Below, piece by piece: positions 19,462-30,647 of a stretch of 64,000 nucleotides of DNA; position 1 is the stretch's first letter; the number at the start of each line of letters is the position of its first letter. The DNA is from Candidatus Acidiferrum sp. GTDB taxonomy: Bacteria > Acidobacteriota > Terriglobia > Acidiferrales > UBA7541. Below the pieces are notes generated by a model, which was not told the DNA's origin, made no database searches, and saw only the letters and a list, made by a program, of their open reading frames with translations. Location: positions 45,160 through 109,159 of the forward strand of contig DASSGJ010000055.1 of NCBI GenBank assembly GCA_035693545.1, read 5' to 3'. The translations under genes were made by a program, and so were the position numbers.

Positions 19462-21921
19462 ATGATACACGTCACGGTTCCAAGTCTACCTCGACTCGAT
19501 AACGCCTTGCGATGCGGCTGCACACGCCGAATGATAAGGATCCTATTCCTTGGTTTGTGTGCCTGCTGGCTTCTCGGTGAGAGGGCGACTGCGGTGACTG
19601 ACATCGCAGGAGAAGCGTTTACGGTCAAAGACGCGATAGAAATCTCTTACATTGTCGAGCCAGAAGCGTCGACCCTTATCGAATTACGCGGCGCATATCC
19701 GCCGGGCAGCCCGATCCTGTCGCCGGACGGGAAACGAATAGCGATTGTTACACAGCGCGGCGTTCTGGCCACGAACTCTCTGGAAGGGACTATCTGGCTG
19801 CTTGACCGGCATTCCGTTGATGCGTATCTAAGAGGTAAAGCAAGCCGGCCGACACCCACAAAGCTACTGAGTTTTAGAGCACCCGGCAACACCCCGATCA
19901 TTTCTGATGTGCGATGGCTCGGCGGTGGCCGGCAAATTTCGTTTCTGGCAAAACGAAACAGCCCTTACCAGCGGCTCTTTATCGCCGATTTGAGTCATCC
20001 TGGAATCCGGGCTATCACCCCTTCCAATGAATACGTGACAGCCTACGATGTCAGAGGCGCGACTGTGGCATACACGGCTCTCGCTGAAGAAGAGACCCTT
20101 CCCCAGGATCAGCCCGATTTGATCGACGTGACAGGCAAGGACATATATTCCTTGCTGTATCCGCAACGAAAATCAATCGCGGATCTCGATGAAGGCGGAC
20201 TACTGACTTATCCTAGTGCTCTGCATGTCATTAGGAGCGGAAAGATATCGCCGGTTCGGTTTTCGGCAGACGGCAAACGATTGAAGCTGTTTCTTCCGAC
20301 CGTGGCTCTTGCTCCCGATGGATGGTCCGTGGTGACCGTAGCTCCCGTACACTCAATCCCGAGCGCATGGGAGATGTTTCAGCCGGCCTACAAGCTGGAT
20401 TTTCTTCCTCTGAAGGCGAATGACCCTTATGCCGTGGCTGATCGCAACCCATGGAGAGTGTCTCAGTACGTGCTGGTGGATTTGCGGACCGGCCGCACTC
20501 GTCCGCTTGTGGACGCGCCGGCGGGGCGTAGTTTTGTCTTCCTGGCACCCAACAAAGCATTTTGGCTGCGGGATGGCCATCGCATTATTCTCACGAATAC
20601 CTTCCTGCCCTTTACAACGGTAGCCAACGAAGCTGACAACCTGCGAAGGCGCCGCTCTCCAGCGATTGCTCTGATCGATCTCCAGACCCAAACGGCTGAG
20701 CCGATCACCCATATAAAGCAGCCGCCTGTTGAGGAAACAAACTGGTATCAAGTGAAGCGCGTGTTGTGGGATGAAGGCAAAGAGGAACTCACTGTGACTT
20801 ACTCCGGTGTCGGCGAGAAGGCGGGCGTTCCGCCAGATGAAGCCTGGCGTTTTCACGCGGGGACGTGGACCAGAATTCTACTTGACGCTCCGAACCACAC
20901 TGCCAGGGATCAGAGCGGGCTGGAGTTTTCCATCCAGCAGGACCTCAATCATCCTCCTGTGCTGGTAGCGAGAATCACCGGTACCGGCGACCGGTCATTC
21001 ACCTGGGACCCGAACCCGCAACTGCAGAAAAGGAAACTGGGCAAAGTTTCTGTGTATCACTGGCAGGATCCCGATGGTAATCCGTGGACAGGACTTTTGG
21101 CTCTGCCGCCGGATTTCGACGCCAAAAGGAAATATCCGCTTGTCATACAGACGCATGGCTTCGACGCGACAACCTTCTTCTCCGATGGCCACCATACGAC
21201 TGGCAGTGGAGGCCGGGCGTTAAACGCAAAGGAAATTGTTGTCTTCCAGATGTCCACCATGGAGAGGACGTTTAAGACTCCAAAGGATGGCGCGGTGCAT
21301 ACCGCGGCATTCCGATCGCTCATTGACCGGCTTGCCGCTGATGCATCGATAGACCGAAGCCGGGTGGGAGTAATCGGGTTCAGTTATACGTGTTTCCACG
21401 TTCTCTACGCGATCACTCATGATCCCGCGCTCTTTGCCGCAGCTTCCATTACAGACGGAAATTTTATGAGCTATATGCAGTACGTCCTGTCGGCGGATGC
21501 CGACAATGGAATTCAGAGCATTTCGGAAGGCACGAATGGCGGCATGCCGTTTGGCCCGGATCTGACGAACTGGCTATCCCTCGCTCCCGACTTCAATCTC
21601 GACAAAGTTCGAGCACCGCTCCTTATTTCTGCACTGGAGACAGGAGAACTCATCGCGGAATGGGAAGTGTACTCCGGCTTACGCAGATTGAATGATCCAG
21701 TAGACATGCTCTGGCTGCGCAAGGAGAACGCACCGCACATACTGGTTTCGCCCCGCCAGCGCTATTTGTCCCAGCAGACCGCGGTGGACTGGTTTGATTT
21801 TTGGCTCAATGGCCGGGAAGAGGCCGATCCGGCCAAACGCGAGCAGTATTCCCGCTGGCGTGAGTTACGCAAACTCCAGAAGCAAGATGAGGGAAAGACG
21901 AAAGAGCAATCTCGGAACTGA
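19462..21921 (+). CDS. Secreted S9 serine peptidase (lasso isopeptidase-like); module 2
   Basis: YPLVIQTHG, GFSYTC, NAPHIL and DWFDFWL; close paralog of 1957-4443. Confidence 0.85.
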   Translation: MIHVTVPSLPRLDNALRCGCTRRMIRILFLGLCACWLLGERATAVTDIAGEAFTVKDAIEISYIVEPEASTLIELRGAYPPGSPILSPDGKRIAIVTQRGVLATNSLEGTIWLLDRHSVDAYLRGKASRPTPTKLLSFRAPGNTPIISDVRWLGGGRQISFLAKRNSPYQRLFIADLSHPGIRAITPSNEYVTAYDVRGATVAYTALAEEETLPQDQPDLIDVTGKDIYSLLYPQRKSIADLDEGGLLTYPSALHVIRSGKISPVRFSADGKRLKLFLPTVALAPDGWSVVTVAPVHSIPSAWEMFQPAYKLDFLPLKANDPYAVADRNPWRVSQYVLVDLRTGRTRPLVDAPAGRSFVFLAPNKAFWLRDGHRIILTNTFLPFTTVANEADNLRRRRSPAIALIDLQTQTAEPITHIKQPPVEETNWYQVKRVLWDEGKEELTVTYSGVGEKAGVPPDEAWRFHAGTWTRILLDAPNHTARDQSGLEFSIQQDLNHPPVLVARITGTGDRSFTWDPNPQLQKRKLGKVSVYHWQDPDGNPWTGLLALPPDFDAKRKYPLVIQTHGFDATTFFSDGHHTTGSGGRALNAKEIVVFQMSTMERTFKTPKDGAVHTAAFRSLIDRLAADASIDRSRVGVIGFSYTCFHVLYAITHDPALFAAASITDGNFMSYMQYVLSADADNGIQSISEGTNGGMPFGPDLTNWLSLAPDFNLDKVRAPLLISALETGELIAEWEVYSGLRRLNDPVDMLWLRKENAPHILVSPRQRYLSQQTAVDWFDFWLNGREEADPAKREQYSRWRELRKLQKQDEGKTKEQSRN

Positions 21922-22050
21922 AGCTGCGGGCTTTCTATTTTGCTCAGTTCACGTACACACGCGTGAGAAAGGCCTGAGAAGTACAACGAGGGCTTGGCCC
22001 TGCGCTGCTGAGCGAGAAGAATTCGAGTAACGAATCAAGCCTTAAGCTAA

Positions 22051-22212
22051 CTAAGAACGTCTGGAGAGGGCGGTGTGCTACTCGACCTGGAGCACGAACG
22101 GCTCTTGAGAGTGAATGCGGTTGGCGTCGAGATATGGAACTTGCTTCGCGCCGAAGATTCCGAATCGCAAATTGTCCTCAAAATTGCGCTAAGATACGGA
22201 GTTGACCAGTAA
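22051..22212 (+). pseudogene. PqqD/RiPP-recognition-element (lasso B1-like) remnant
   Basis: LRTSGEGGVLLDLEHERLLRVNAVGVEIWNLLRAEDSESQIVLKIALRYGVDQ* with an in-frame stop immediately upstream. Parallels the intact B1 at 61782-62060 (DGAIVLHIREGQMFRLNLVGSRILELLRSEQSESQIA). Confidence 0.75.
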
Positions 22213-22958
22213 TGCATGGCGGGGGAATGGGCAAAGCACAAAGACGGGACGATTTTGTCTACAGATACTCCATGTCATGAAGTAAAGAGCCGCAGGAAAG
22301 TACAACACACGCTCTATTGACTCTCCGAGCGAGGCATACCACATGGAAGAGAGCCCGCGAAGCGAGGCACGTACCTACGGCTCAATTTCTGCGCATGAAT
22401 CGGACTGCTCTGCGGACGGCGTACAAATGTGCGGACGAAGGGGTAGGTCCCTGAGCGCAGCTCAGGGACGCAGACACAAACGCAATTGCCGTTTAGAAAT
22501 TAGTAATTTTAGGGCGCTCCGAACAAACAGCAGTGGATGCAAAAAAAGGTATGATCCGCAGGCCGTACTGCGGGTTAAAAACTATCTCCTTGCCGGTTAA
22601 GAAGACGGATGTCTGCCGCGCGAGATAGTGTCGCGCGACGAGAACGGCCGGAAGAGAACGACGGTGGACAGACGAGAAGGACTACTTTGCCCATCCAGTT
22701 CCTCAAAAGGAGCCGGATACGATTTTGAACCGTCCTAATCCATGGTTCCATTGCGTTGCCGGAAAGGGACAGTAACTGAACGTAAACTCAAGCGAATGCT
22801 ACCTGCCTGCTCAAACCGAGTCAACCTCAGTTATCGTGATAGAGCTAACCTTCAAACGTATTCCCTGAAACCGTCGATTTGTCTCACCTGGAGGGAAAAA
22901 TATTTCCGGCAGTTGAACCTTGTTGGGGCTCATTCTCGCGCTTATAATCCTGGCCAAA

Positions 22959-23597
22959 ATGGCAGCACATGAGCACGTGGGACTGTTGACCGATGAAGCG
23001 CTGCTTCACAACGTCGCACACGGGTGTGAAAGTTGTTTTGATCTTCTGTTTCTGCGTTTCTTCCGGCCGGTCCTGAATTTGGCCTACAGAATTATTCGCG
23101 ACCGGACGGAAGCCGAAGATATTGTGCAAGAAGTTTTTCTTGCCATTCACGAGCAGCGGGAACGGTTTGATCCCTCGGTCGGGAGCGCTCGGACTTGGGT
23201 CCTACAGTTTGGCTATTACAAAGCGCTGAAGCGCCGCAGGTATCTTTCGAAACGACAGTTCTATGACAAGCATGTGGGTGTTGATGACGATCAAGGTGAT
23301 GCGCTGGTGGCCCAGCCAGAATTCATTCAACGAAGCGTGGAGTCGAAAGAACTGATCGAACAGGCTCTTGCGTCGCTTACGGCAGGGCAACGCCGGGTCG
23401 TTGAAATGTTGCACTTTGAAGGCCACACATTGCGTGAAATTTCGCAGTTGCAAGGGAAAGAATTGGCCGGAATCAGGAATAGCTATTACAGAGGGTTGAA
23501 TGCGTTGAAGCTGTTTTTGGGTGGGGGCGCCCGACGAAGTGAGGAGAAAATCAAAGTTGCGGCTAAAAGGAAGGAAGAGTATGAAATCGAGCTTTAG
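22959..23597 (+). CDS. ECF RNA polymerase sigma factor; module 3
   Basis: TDEALL..EAEDIVQEVFL..GHTLREIS..YYRGL. Confidence 0.9.
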   Translation: MAAHEHVGLLTDEALLHNVAHGCESCFDLLFLRFFRPVLNLAYRIIRDRTEAEDIVQEVFLAIHEQRERFDPSVGSARTWVLQFGYYKALKRRRYLSKRQFYDKHVGVDDDQGDALVAQPEFIQRSVESKELIEQALASLTAGQRRVVEMLHFEGHTLREISQLQGKELAGIRNSYYRGLNALKLFLGGGARRSEEKIKVAAKRKEEYEIEL

Positions 23598-24912
23598 CTC
23601 ATGCCCCCAACACGAAACGTTCGAAGAACTAGCGGCTTTGGATGCTGTCGGCGAATTGAGCGGACTCGAACAGCAGCGTCTGCGCCACCATCTGACCGAA
23701 TGTCCGCATTGCGCGGACTGGTATGAGGCGATTGCTGATGTCGCGGCAAACGATCTGGGTGTAGTTGCCACGAAGCGCGAATCGAATGCGCGCGGCATAG
23801 AGAGTGCAGACGACCCGGAAGGCCGAGAGCACCTCGAACGACTTCGGCACCGCCTCGAAACGGATCGGGCACGAATACCGAAGGAATCTGGTCAGCTAGG
23901 GTTTGGTATGGAATTGATCAGTAGCGCGCGTGAGCGCCGTGTGTCTCGGGCGACTTATCGGCAAGTCGCGTACGGGATTGCCGCAACGCTACTGCTGGCC
24001 GTTGCCGTGCCAGGTGGGATTGCGTTGTGGCGGTGGGAAAGGGCGGCGGTAGCAGCGCGGACACATTCGCGGGAATTGCAATTGGCATTGGATTCGCTCA
24101 AACAGGACAAGAAAGCGGAGAGAGCAGCGTCAGATAATGCGGTTATCAGGTCCCTCGAAGAGAGTCAGCGGGCGCGCGATACCCTGCAGAAATCTCTCGC
24201 AGCCGCTGAAACGAAAAATGGGGAACTACTGGCACGCGAAACGGCGACCCAAGAGAAACTGGCCGGAGCCATTGCCGCGGCTGAGCACCTTAGACAGGAG
24301 CTTCAAGCGAAGGAATCAGATCGAGACCGGTTAGCGAAGCTCCAACAAGAATCGGATACTAGGCTCCACGAAGCACTCGCAGAGCTACACCAAGCTCGGC
24401 AGGCGGGCATTCAAGGAGCGGCGAACGCCGAAGCGCACAATACGAATTTCACCTCAAACTCGCAGCCTGCCTTGGTCGGAAGTCTAGTTCCGGTTTCGGC
24501 GAGCGAACTCGAAGCGCGCAACCTCTTTGGTGCTCGCGATCTACACATCGTCGATGTGTATGACGTAGCCGGTGACGGTCAGACGAAGCGCACCTATGGG
24601 CGCGTCTATTACGTTGAGAAGAAGCTGCTGGTGTTCTACGCGTTTGATCTCGAGAACCGACAGAATCACAAGCGCGGCGTTTTCCAAGCCTGGGGCTATC
24701 GCGAAGCGAACCTCGGCAAACCTCAGAGCTTGGGTCAGTTCACGATTGATGACAGTACGGCGAGCAGGTGGGTTCTCACCGTGGACCGGGCCGATGTTCT
24801 TTCACACATCGATGCGGTCTTTGTCACCGTGGAACCCGATGGCGGCAGCACAGCTCCCCGAGGCAAGAAGGTACTCTACGCAAACCTCATCGGCCCTCCC
24901 AACCATCCGTGA
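23581..24912 (+). CDS. Anti-sigma factor (zf-HC2, TM, coiled coil, RskA-like); module 3
   Basis: HLTECPHC, TM, coiled coil, GARDLHIVDVYD, VFVTVEPDGG, PNHP end; overlaps the sigma stop. Confidence 0.82.
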   Translation: MKSSFSSCPQHETFEELAALDAVGELSGLEQQRLRHHLTECPHCADWYEAIADVAANDLGVVATKRESNARGIESADDPEGREHLERLRHRLETDRARIPKESGQLGFGMELISSARERRVSRATYRQVAYGIAATLLLAVAVPGGIALWRWERAAVAARTHSRELQLALDSLKQDKKAERAASDNAVIRSLEESQRARDTLQKSLAAAETKNGELLARETATQEKLAGAIAAAEHLRQELQAKESDRDRLAKLQQESDTRLHEALAELHQARQAGIQGAANAEAHNTNFTSNSQPALVGSLVPVSASELEARNLFGARDLHIVDVYDVAGDGQTKRTYGRVYYVEKKLLVFYAFDLENRQNHKRGVFQAWGYREANLGKPQSLGQFTIDDSTASRWVLTVDRADVLSHIDAVFVTVEPDGGSTAPRGKKVLYANLIGPPNHP

Positions 24913-25098
24913 CAGGCGCAGTGGCTAGCTTATAGCGGCGAGCAGCTAGAAAAGAAAATAACAAGTCCTCGTTGTCCCTTCCCGAGACCAACCGAACTCC
25001 AGAAAAACTTTGCAATGAGCGCGGCACAAATCGAGTCCAAACGGGAATAGATACACTGACGGTCTGAAATCAGGAAATCTGTGGACGGAGATGCGCCC

Positions 25099-28000
25099 GT
25101 GAAACGATTTGCTATGCGAGTGTTCGTGTTGGTGTTTGCGTGCTTGGCGTGCTTGGCAGTTTGCAGTGCCGATGAATTGGCTGCTGTCACGGGACTGGTG
25201 ACGGATCCAGGTGGTCGGAGTGTGCCGGGTGTCAACGTCATCCTCACGAACCTTGCCACGAATGTTGAGTCTAGAACGATCACGAACGACCAAGGACTGT
25301 ACCGCGTACCCTCTCTCCAGCCGGGAATTTACCGAATGACTCTCGACAAAGATGGGTTCAAGAGCATTGTTAAGAGTGGGATCGAACTGCATATCCAAGA
25401 CGTTGCGTCCATCAATTTCGAGCTGCAGGTTGGCTCTGTTAGCGAAACCGTGACGGTCGAGTCGGGCGCGCCGGTAGTCGATACCCAGAATGCGGCTGTT
25501 AAGACCGTTATCGACCGTCAGTTTGTGAAAGAGATACCTCTCAATGGCCGTTCATTTCAAACTTTGTTTCAGCTCACCCCCGGAGTTGTGGTTACACAGA
25601 CGAGCAACGCGGAGCGTGGCCAGTTTAGCGTCAACGGCCAGAGGGCAAACGCGAACTACTTTCAAGTCGACGGAGTGAGTGCCAATGTGGGTGCTGCCGC
25701 CGGTGGCTCACCAGGACAAACCGTTGGCGGGTCGCAGCCAGCGCTTACGGCAGGGGGCGGAACTAATGCCCTAGTATCCGTTGACGCTCTCCAGGAGTTC
25801 GTTATTCAGACGTCAACCTATTCTCCCGAATTCGGTCGAACCCCAGGAGCTCAAGTCGAGATCAGCACGCGTTCCGGGTCCAATGAGTTTCACGGAGACC
25901 TGTTCGAGTACCTTCGGAATGATTTGTTTGATGCAAACGACTGGTTTGCAAACAGCCTGGATCTTAAAAAGGCCGCGCTCCGACAGAATGACTTTGGGGG
26001 AGTCGTAGGAGGGCCAATCGTCCGCAATCGGACTTTCTTCTTCTTTTCGTACGAAGGCCTTCGGCTTAGGTTACCGACTACTGGACTAACGGAAGTTCCA
26101 AGCGAGGCTGCCCGCCAGTCTGCGCCCGCGTCGATCCAACCTTTTCTGAACGCATTTCCAAAGCCGACAGGCGCCGACGAGGGAAATGGCTTAGCCCCTG
26201 GTAACTACGCGTTTTCCGATCCTTCGGGAGTGGACGCAGTGAGTGTGAGAGTGGATCATCATTTTAGTTCCAAGATATCTGTGTTCGGCCGTTACAGTCA
26301 TACAAACTCATCTCAGGATCAGCGGGGTGCGGGAGCCAACTCACTGGCCACGATCGAATCAGTACCGCAGGGACTTCAGACTGTGACAGTAGGGCTGACC
26401 GCCAACATTCGTCCGACATTACTGAACGACCTCCGCTTCAATTGGAGCAGATCCACGGCAGCCAGTGTCTTCACGAATGATACTTTGGGCGGAGCAGTGC
26501 CTTTGTCTCTCGCTAGCATCCTTCCTGCCGGCGAGGACCCCAACAGCAGTGCGTTTCGCCTGAACATCTTGAGCGGAAACAACGCAGCGCTTGCATACGG
26601 ACGAAACGCTTCAAATCTGCAAAGACAAGTAAACATCGTAGACAATCTAATCTGGCAGGCAGGGAAGCACCTCGTCAAAACCGGCATTGATTACCGGCGA
26701 TTGATGCCTCAAGTGGGCGGGGCGTTCTATTCGCAAGGTACGTTCTTCAATGATGTTCCAAGCCTTCTGCAAGGGAGTCCCGCATTCGGTTTGCTTGTCG
26801 CTTCCGACTCGCCGGTAAACGCTACTTATTTGAACTATTCGGTGTATGGGCAGGATACCTGGAGGGCAGGAAGCCGTCTGACTCTCACCTATGGAGTCCG
26901 GTGGGACTATAACCCCGCCCCAACCGGGCACGGCGCGAGCGGCGAGCAGCCATTCGCTCTTCGGGGGTTTGATAATCTGGCCAACCTAACCATCGCTCCC
27001 CCAGGCACGGCGGTTTATCATGCGACAAAAGATAACTTTGCACCGAGGTTGGGTGGGAATTACCAACTCTTTGCCCACAGCGGTTTTGAGGCTGTCATTC
27101 GTGGCGGATTCGGCGTTTTCTATGATTTGGGAAACGGCGCAAGCGGAAACATATTCGCCTCGGCACCCTTCCAAAACATTCAATTTACAAGTCCTTCTTC
27201 ATTCCCACTTTCCGGCACGGACGCAGCGCGGCCCCCGATCCCGGCTACGCCGCCTTTCAACAGCGTTGTCGGTTTTGTAAGTACGCTACGCCAGCCGTAC
27301 ACATATCACTGGAACTTGTCATTTGAACAATCGTTAGGAGCGAATCAGGCGATCACCGCAAGCTACATCGGCGCTGCCGGTCATAGCCTCGTCCGGCAAG
27401 ATAATATTCAAGGGGGACCGTTGCCGCCAGAATTTCAGCAGGTGTTGTTCACTAACAATCTTGGTTATTCCAAATACGACGCGCTTGAACTTCAGTTTCG
27501 CAGGCGTCAGTCGAAAGGCCTGGAAATCCTGGGCTCCTATACATACTCGCATTCTCTCGACAACGTTTCCGCGGATTCGACGCAGAATCCGCCATCGGTG
27601 CAAATCGACCCAAGGACAGACTACGGAAATTCTTCGTTCGACATCCGCCATTCAGGGTCTGTCGCAATCGACTACCAGCCTTCCTTGCACATGAGTTCTC
27701 GCTGGAAGCGTGCCGTGCTGGGGGGATGGGGCTTTAATACGTTTATTGTTGCGCGGACTGCTCCTCCCGTGAATCCCGAGGTGTTGAGAAATGCCGGCTT
27801 CGGGACGACCTTCTATCGCCCGGATCTGGTTGCCGGAGTTCCCTTGTATCTCCACGACACGACGGCCCCTGGAGGGATGCGGATCAACCCAGCGGCTTTT
27901 ACAGTGTCCAGCGCGCCGAGGCAGGGCACACTTGGCAGAGATGCCCTGCGTGGTTTCCCGCTCTTTCAGCAAGACGTGAGTATTCGACGGTCGTTTACGC

Positions 28001-28251
28001 TGCATGAAAACGTGAGGCTGCAAGCCAGACTTGAAGCGTTCAATGTTCTGAATCATCCGAACTTCGCCCCACCCAATAGCACGCTCGGATTTTTTACTGG
28101 GAAAACGTTGATACCGCTTGGACCGTTTGGTGTCTCCCAAGCGATGTTTGGAGCAGGTGCATCGGGTGGAGGTCTGGGGGCCGGTTTCAACCCTCTGTAT
28201 CAGATAGGCGGACCGCGCTCGCTGCAACTGGCGCTTAAGTTGGAGTTCTAA
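25099..28251 (+). CDS. TonB-dependent receptor; module 3
   Basis: GTG start after GGAG; plug and barrel motifs; ends LALKLEF; closest to 7331-10486. Confidence 0.92.
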   Translation: MKRFAMRVFVLVFACLACLAVCSADELAAVTGLVTDPGGRSVPGVNVILTNLATNVESRTITNDQGLYRVPSLQPGIYRMTLDKDGFKSIVKSGIELHIQDVASINFELQVGSVSETVTVESGAPVVDTQNAAVKTVIDRQFVKEIPLNGRSFQTLFQLTPGVVVTQTSNAERGQFSVNGQRANANYFQVDGVSANVGAAAGGSPGQTVGGSQPALTAGGGTNALVSVDALQEFVIQTSTYSPEFGRTPGAQVEISTRSGSNEFHGDLFEYLRNDLFDANDWFANSLDLKKAALRQNDFGGVVGGPIVRNRTFFFFSYEGLRLRLPTTGLTEVPSEAARQSAPASIQPFLNAFPKPTGADEGNGLAPGNYAFSDPSGVDAVSVRVDHHFSSKISVFGRYSHTNSSQDQRGAGANSLATIESVPQGLQTVTVGLTANIRPTLLNDLRFNWSRSTAASVFTNDTLGGAVPLSLASILPAGEDPNSSAFRLNILSGNNAALAYGRNASNLQRQVNIVDNLIWQAGKHLVKTGIDYRRLMPQVGGAFYSQGTFFNDVPSLLQGSPAFGLLVASDSPVNATYLNYSVYGQDTWRAGSRLTLTYGVRWDYNPAPTGHGASGEQPFALRGFDNLANLTIAPPGTAVYHATKDNFAPRLGGNYQLFAHSGFEAVIRGGFGVFYDLGNGASGNIFASAPFQNIQFTSPSSFPLSGTDAARPPIPATPPFNSVVGFVSTLRQPYTYHWNLSFEQSLGANQAITASYIGAAGHSLVRQDNIQGGPLPPEFQQVLFTNNLGYSKYDALELQFRRRQSKGLEILGSYTYSHSLDNVSADSTQNPPSVQIDPRTDYGNSSFDIRHSGSVAIDYQPSLHMSSRWKRAVLGGWGFNTFIVARTAPPVNPEVLRNAGFGTTFYRPDLVAGVPLYLHDTTAPGGMRINPAAFTVSSAPRQGTLGRDALRGFPLFQQDVSIRRSFTLHENVRLQARLEAFNVLNHPNFAPPNSTLGFFTGKTLIPLGPFGVSQAMFGAGASGGGLGAGFNPLYQIGGPRSLQLALKLEF

Positions 28252-28254
28252 CGT

Positions 28255-30579
28255 ATGGTCCGAGCGACGTTGGTTTCAGCCCTTCTTGCCGCGTTTCTCT
28301 GCCCGACGATCGCCGTCGCACAAGATGCGACAAGAAGCGAGAGACCAGCCTTTGACGTTTTCCTCAGAATGAAATTGTTCCCTCTTCAAATGCCCATCAG
28401 CGTATCGCCGGACGGCAAGCGAATCGCTTACACAGTCCAGGACGAGGCACGCATCGGCGATGTCACCGATCCGGAGTCGATGGATGAACGGCCAGGAAGC
28501 GGCCGTGTCACGCGTGGCTGCGAGGTTTGGATTGTCGATACGGAGGGTCACGCACCAATTCGGGTCGGTGACCTTGCGGGCAGTAGTTGGGCGCCGGTGT
28601 GGTCGCCGAATGGCGAAATTCTGGCTTTCTTTTCCGACAGTGGCGGCCGTGCCCGACCGTGGGTGTGGTATCGGAAAAACGGGCAGGCAAGAGCGATTGC
28701 GGACGTTCGGCCTCAGATCGTGCAGGACCAGGATGTACCGGTTTGGGCTGCTGATGGCAAGAGCATTTTCTTTCGCGCGGCTTCCGAACGAACCGCCGCG
28801 ATCGCCAAGTTCCGATCGTTGACAAACCTGAAGCGCGACTGGCCGCCCCTCGTACTGCACTCCCCTGAAGATCCTCGTCACTCGATCGATGCTTCCGCAA
28901 CCCAAAATGTAACTGGTCTTGGGATGTCAAATACGTATGAAGGCGATTTGATCCAAGTGCAGATCGAGACCGGTTCTGTGGCGACTCTTACCAAGGGGAG
29001 GCAGATTTATAAATACTGGGCTTCTCCCGACGGCAAGCGTCTCGCGTTTACGGTTGGCTTAGGCTACAAGGAGGGAGATTCCGATTGGACGTTATTCGAC
29101 ATTGTGGTCAGAGACTTAGCATCCGGTCGCGAAGTCGTGGCGGCTCATGAAGTCCAGCTTGACAACTCCGGCTCCGCTCTTAGCTGGTCGCCGGATGGCT
29201 CGCAGCTGGCCTACGCGACATTAACGGCCGGTAAGGGAGCACGCTATTGGATGTGGGACGGTGAAGAAGCTAGGGCGATCGGCGATGCGCCAACGGTTAG
29301 ATACCCGGATTTTCCGCTCTGGAATGCTAAGAGCGACAGACTTTACGCATTCTCCGGTGAAACTTTGTACGTCTTCAGTCCAAAGAGACAAGCAGCGCCG
29401 CTGGTGATTCATGTTGCCGACCGTTTCCGCATTCTGGCCCTGTTTGGTTCGCAGCGACGAAGAACAGTCTGGTCTGATTCACCAGACGGAGACGCAATTT
29501 ACGTTGCTGAAAGGAGTCTGGATAATCTGGACTTTGAGGTCCATCGGATTCGGCTCTCCAATGGTAATGAGGAGAGGCTCGCCAATCTCAGCGCTGCCCT
29601 GGCTCTTCTACCGATGGATGTTATTGATAGCACGTCTGACGGAAACACGCTTGTGTTTTCCATGGAGTCTCCCAACGCGCCACAAGATCTATGGATCGCC
29701 AACCGAGGATTCGGGAAATTGCGCCAACTAACGCATGTGAATCCAGAACTGGAGAAATATAAATTCCCGGAGCGACGCCTCGTTAGCTGGGTTGACTTTG
29801 ACGGACATGATCTCCACGGAACGCTCTTGCTTCCCTCTGGATATGTCGCAGGGCGCAGCTATCCTTTGGTCGTGTACGTCTACGGAGGGGAACGCGAATC
29901 GCGCTGGGCGAGCCAGTTTGCAGCTACCTCGTCGCAGGGCATCCAGAATATGCAGCTCTTTGCCAATCACGGCTACGCCGTGCTTGTGGCTGACACAGTA
30001 ATGGGCACGGAATCGCCCATGCTGGACCTTTTTAAGAGTCTGATGCCAGGCGTGGAAAAGTTGATCGACATGGGGATAGCGGATGCGAATGCGATTGGCG
30101 TCATGGGTCAAAGCTACGGCGGATATAGCGTTTACAGTCTCCTGGCACAGACAGGCCGATTTCGAGCCGGCGTGGCGCTCGCGGGAAGCGGTAACTTGCT
30201 GAGCGACTATGGGGAGATGGATGACACAGGATTCCCATCGGGGATAGCATGGGCTGAAAACTCGCAGGGGAGAATGGGCGACACGCCTTGGCGCGTCCGC
30301 GACAAGTACATCGAGAATTCGCCATTTTTCTATCTCGACCGCGTGCATACTCCCATTTTTATCGCGCATGGCGATAGCGATTGGCACCCCGCTTATGAAG
30401 ATCGTGAAATGTTTGTAGGCCTGCGAAGACTCGGAAAGACTGCCGATTACGCCGAATATCGAGGTGGAGGACACCGTCTCTGGGCGTGGCGCTATGCCGA
30501 CCAACTCGATCTTGCGAAACGCATTCTAGATTGGTTTGACAAATATCTTGTCCCGGAAGGCAAAGTACCGACTAGATGA
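28255..30579 (+). CDS. Secreted S9 serine peptidase; module 3
   Basis: Signal peptide; GQSYGG, HGDSD and GGGH; close paralog of 10836-13190. Confidence 0.88.
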   Translation: MVRATLVSALLAAFLCPTIAVAQDATRSERPAFDVFLRMKLFPLQMPISVSPDGKRIAYTVQDEARIGDVTDPESMDERPGSGRVTRGCEVWIVDTEGHAPIRVGDLAGSSWAPVWSPNGEILAFFSDSGGRARPWVWYRKNGQARAIADVRPQIVQDQDVPVWAADGKSIFFRAASERTAAIAKFRSLTNLKRDWPPLVLHSPEDPRHSIDASATQNVTGLGMSNTYEGDLIQVQIETGSVATLTKGRQIYKYWASPDGKRLAFTVGLGYKEGDSDWTLFDIVVRDLASGREVVAAHEVQLDNSGSALSWSPDGSQLAYATLTAGKGARYWMWDGEEARAIGDAPTVRYPDFPLWNAKSDRLYAFSGETLYVFSPKRQAAPLVIHVADRFRILALFGSQRRRTVWSDSPDGDAIYVAERSLDNLDFEVHRIRLSNGNEERLANLSAALALLPMDVIDSTSDGNTLVFSMESPNAPQDLWIANRGFGKLRQLTHVNPELEKYKFPERRLVSWVDFDGHDLHGTLLLPSGYVAGRSYPLVVYVYGGERESRWASQFAATSSQGIQNMQLFANHGYAVLVADTVMGTESPMLDLFKSLMPGVEKLIDMGIADANAIGVMGQSYGGYSVYSLLAQTGRFRAGVALAGSGNLLSDYGEMDDTGFPSGIAWAENSQGRMGDTPWRVRDKYIENSPFFYLDRVHTPIFIAHGDSDWHPAYEDREMFVGLRRLGKTADYAEYRGGGHRLWAWRYADQLDLAKRILDWFDKYLVPEGKVPTR

Positions 30580-30647
30580 TGAGAATGTAAAAAAAGGTGG
30601 TTGGCACACCTCATGTCGGACTTGCAATTATGCTGTGCGTCTAGAAC

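Noticed and set aside
21922-22958. Additional AYEADE-type precursors near the RRE relic or the other modules
   Set aside because: None found by eye. A systematic short-ORF scan is still needed.
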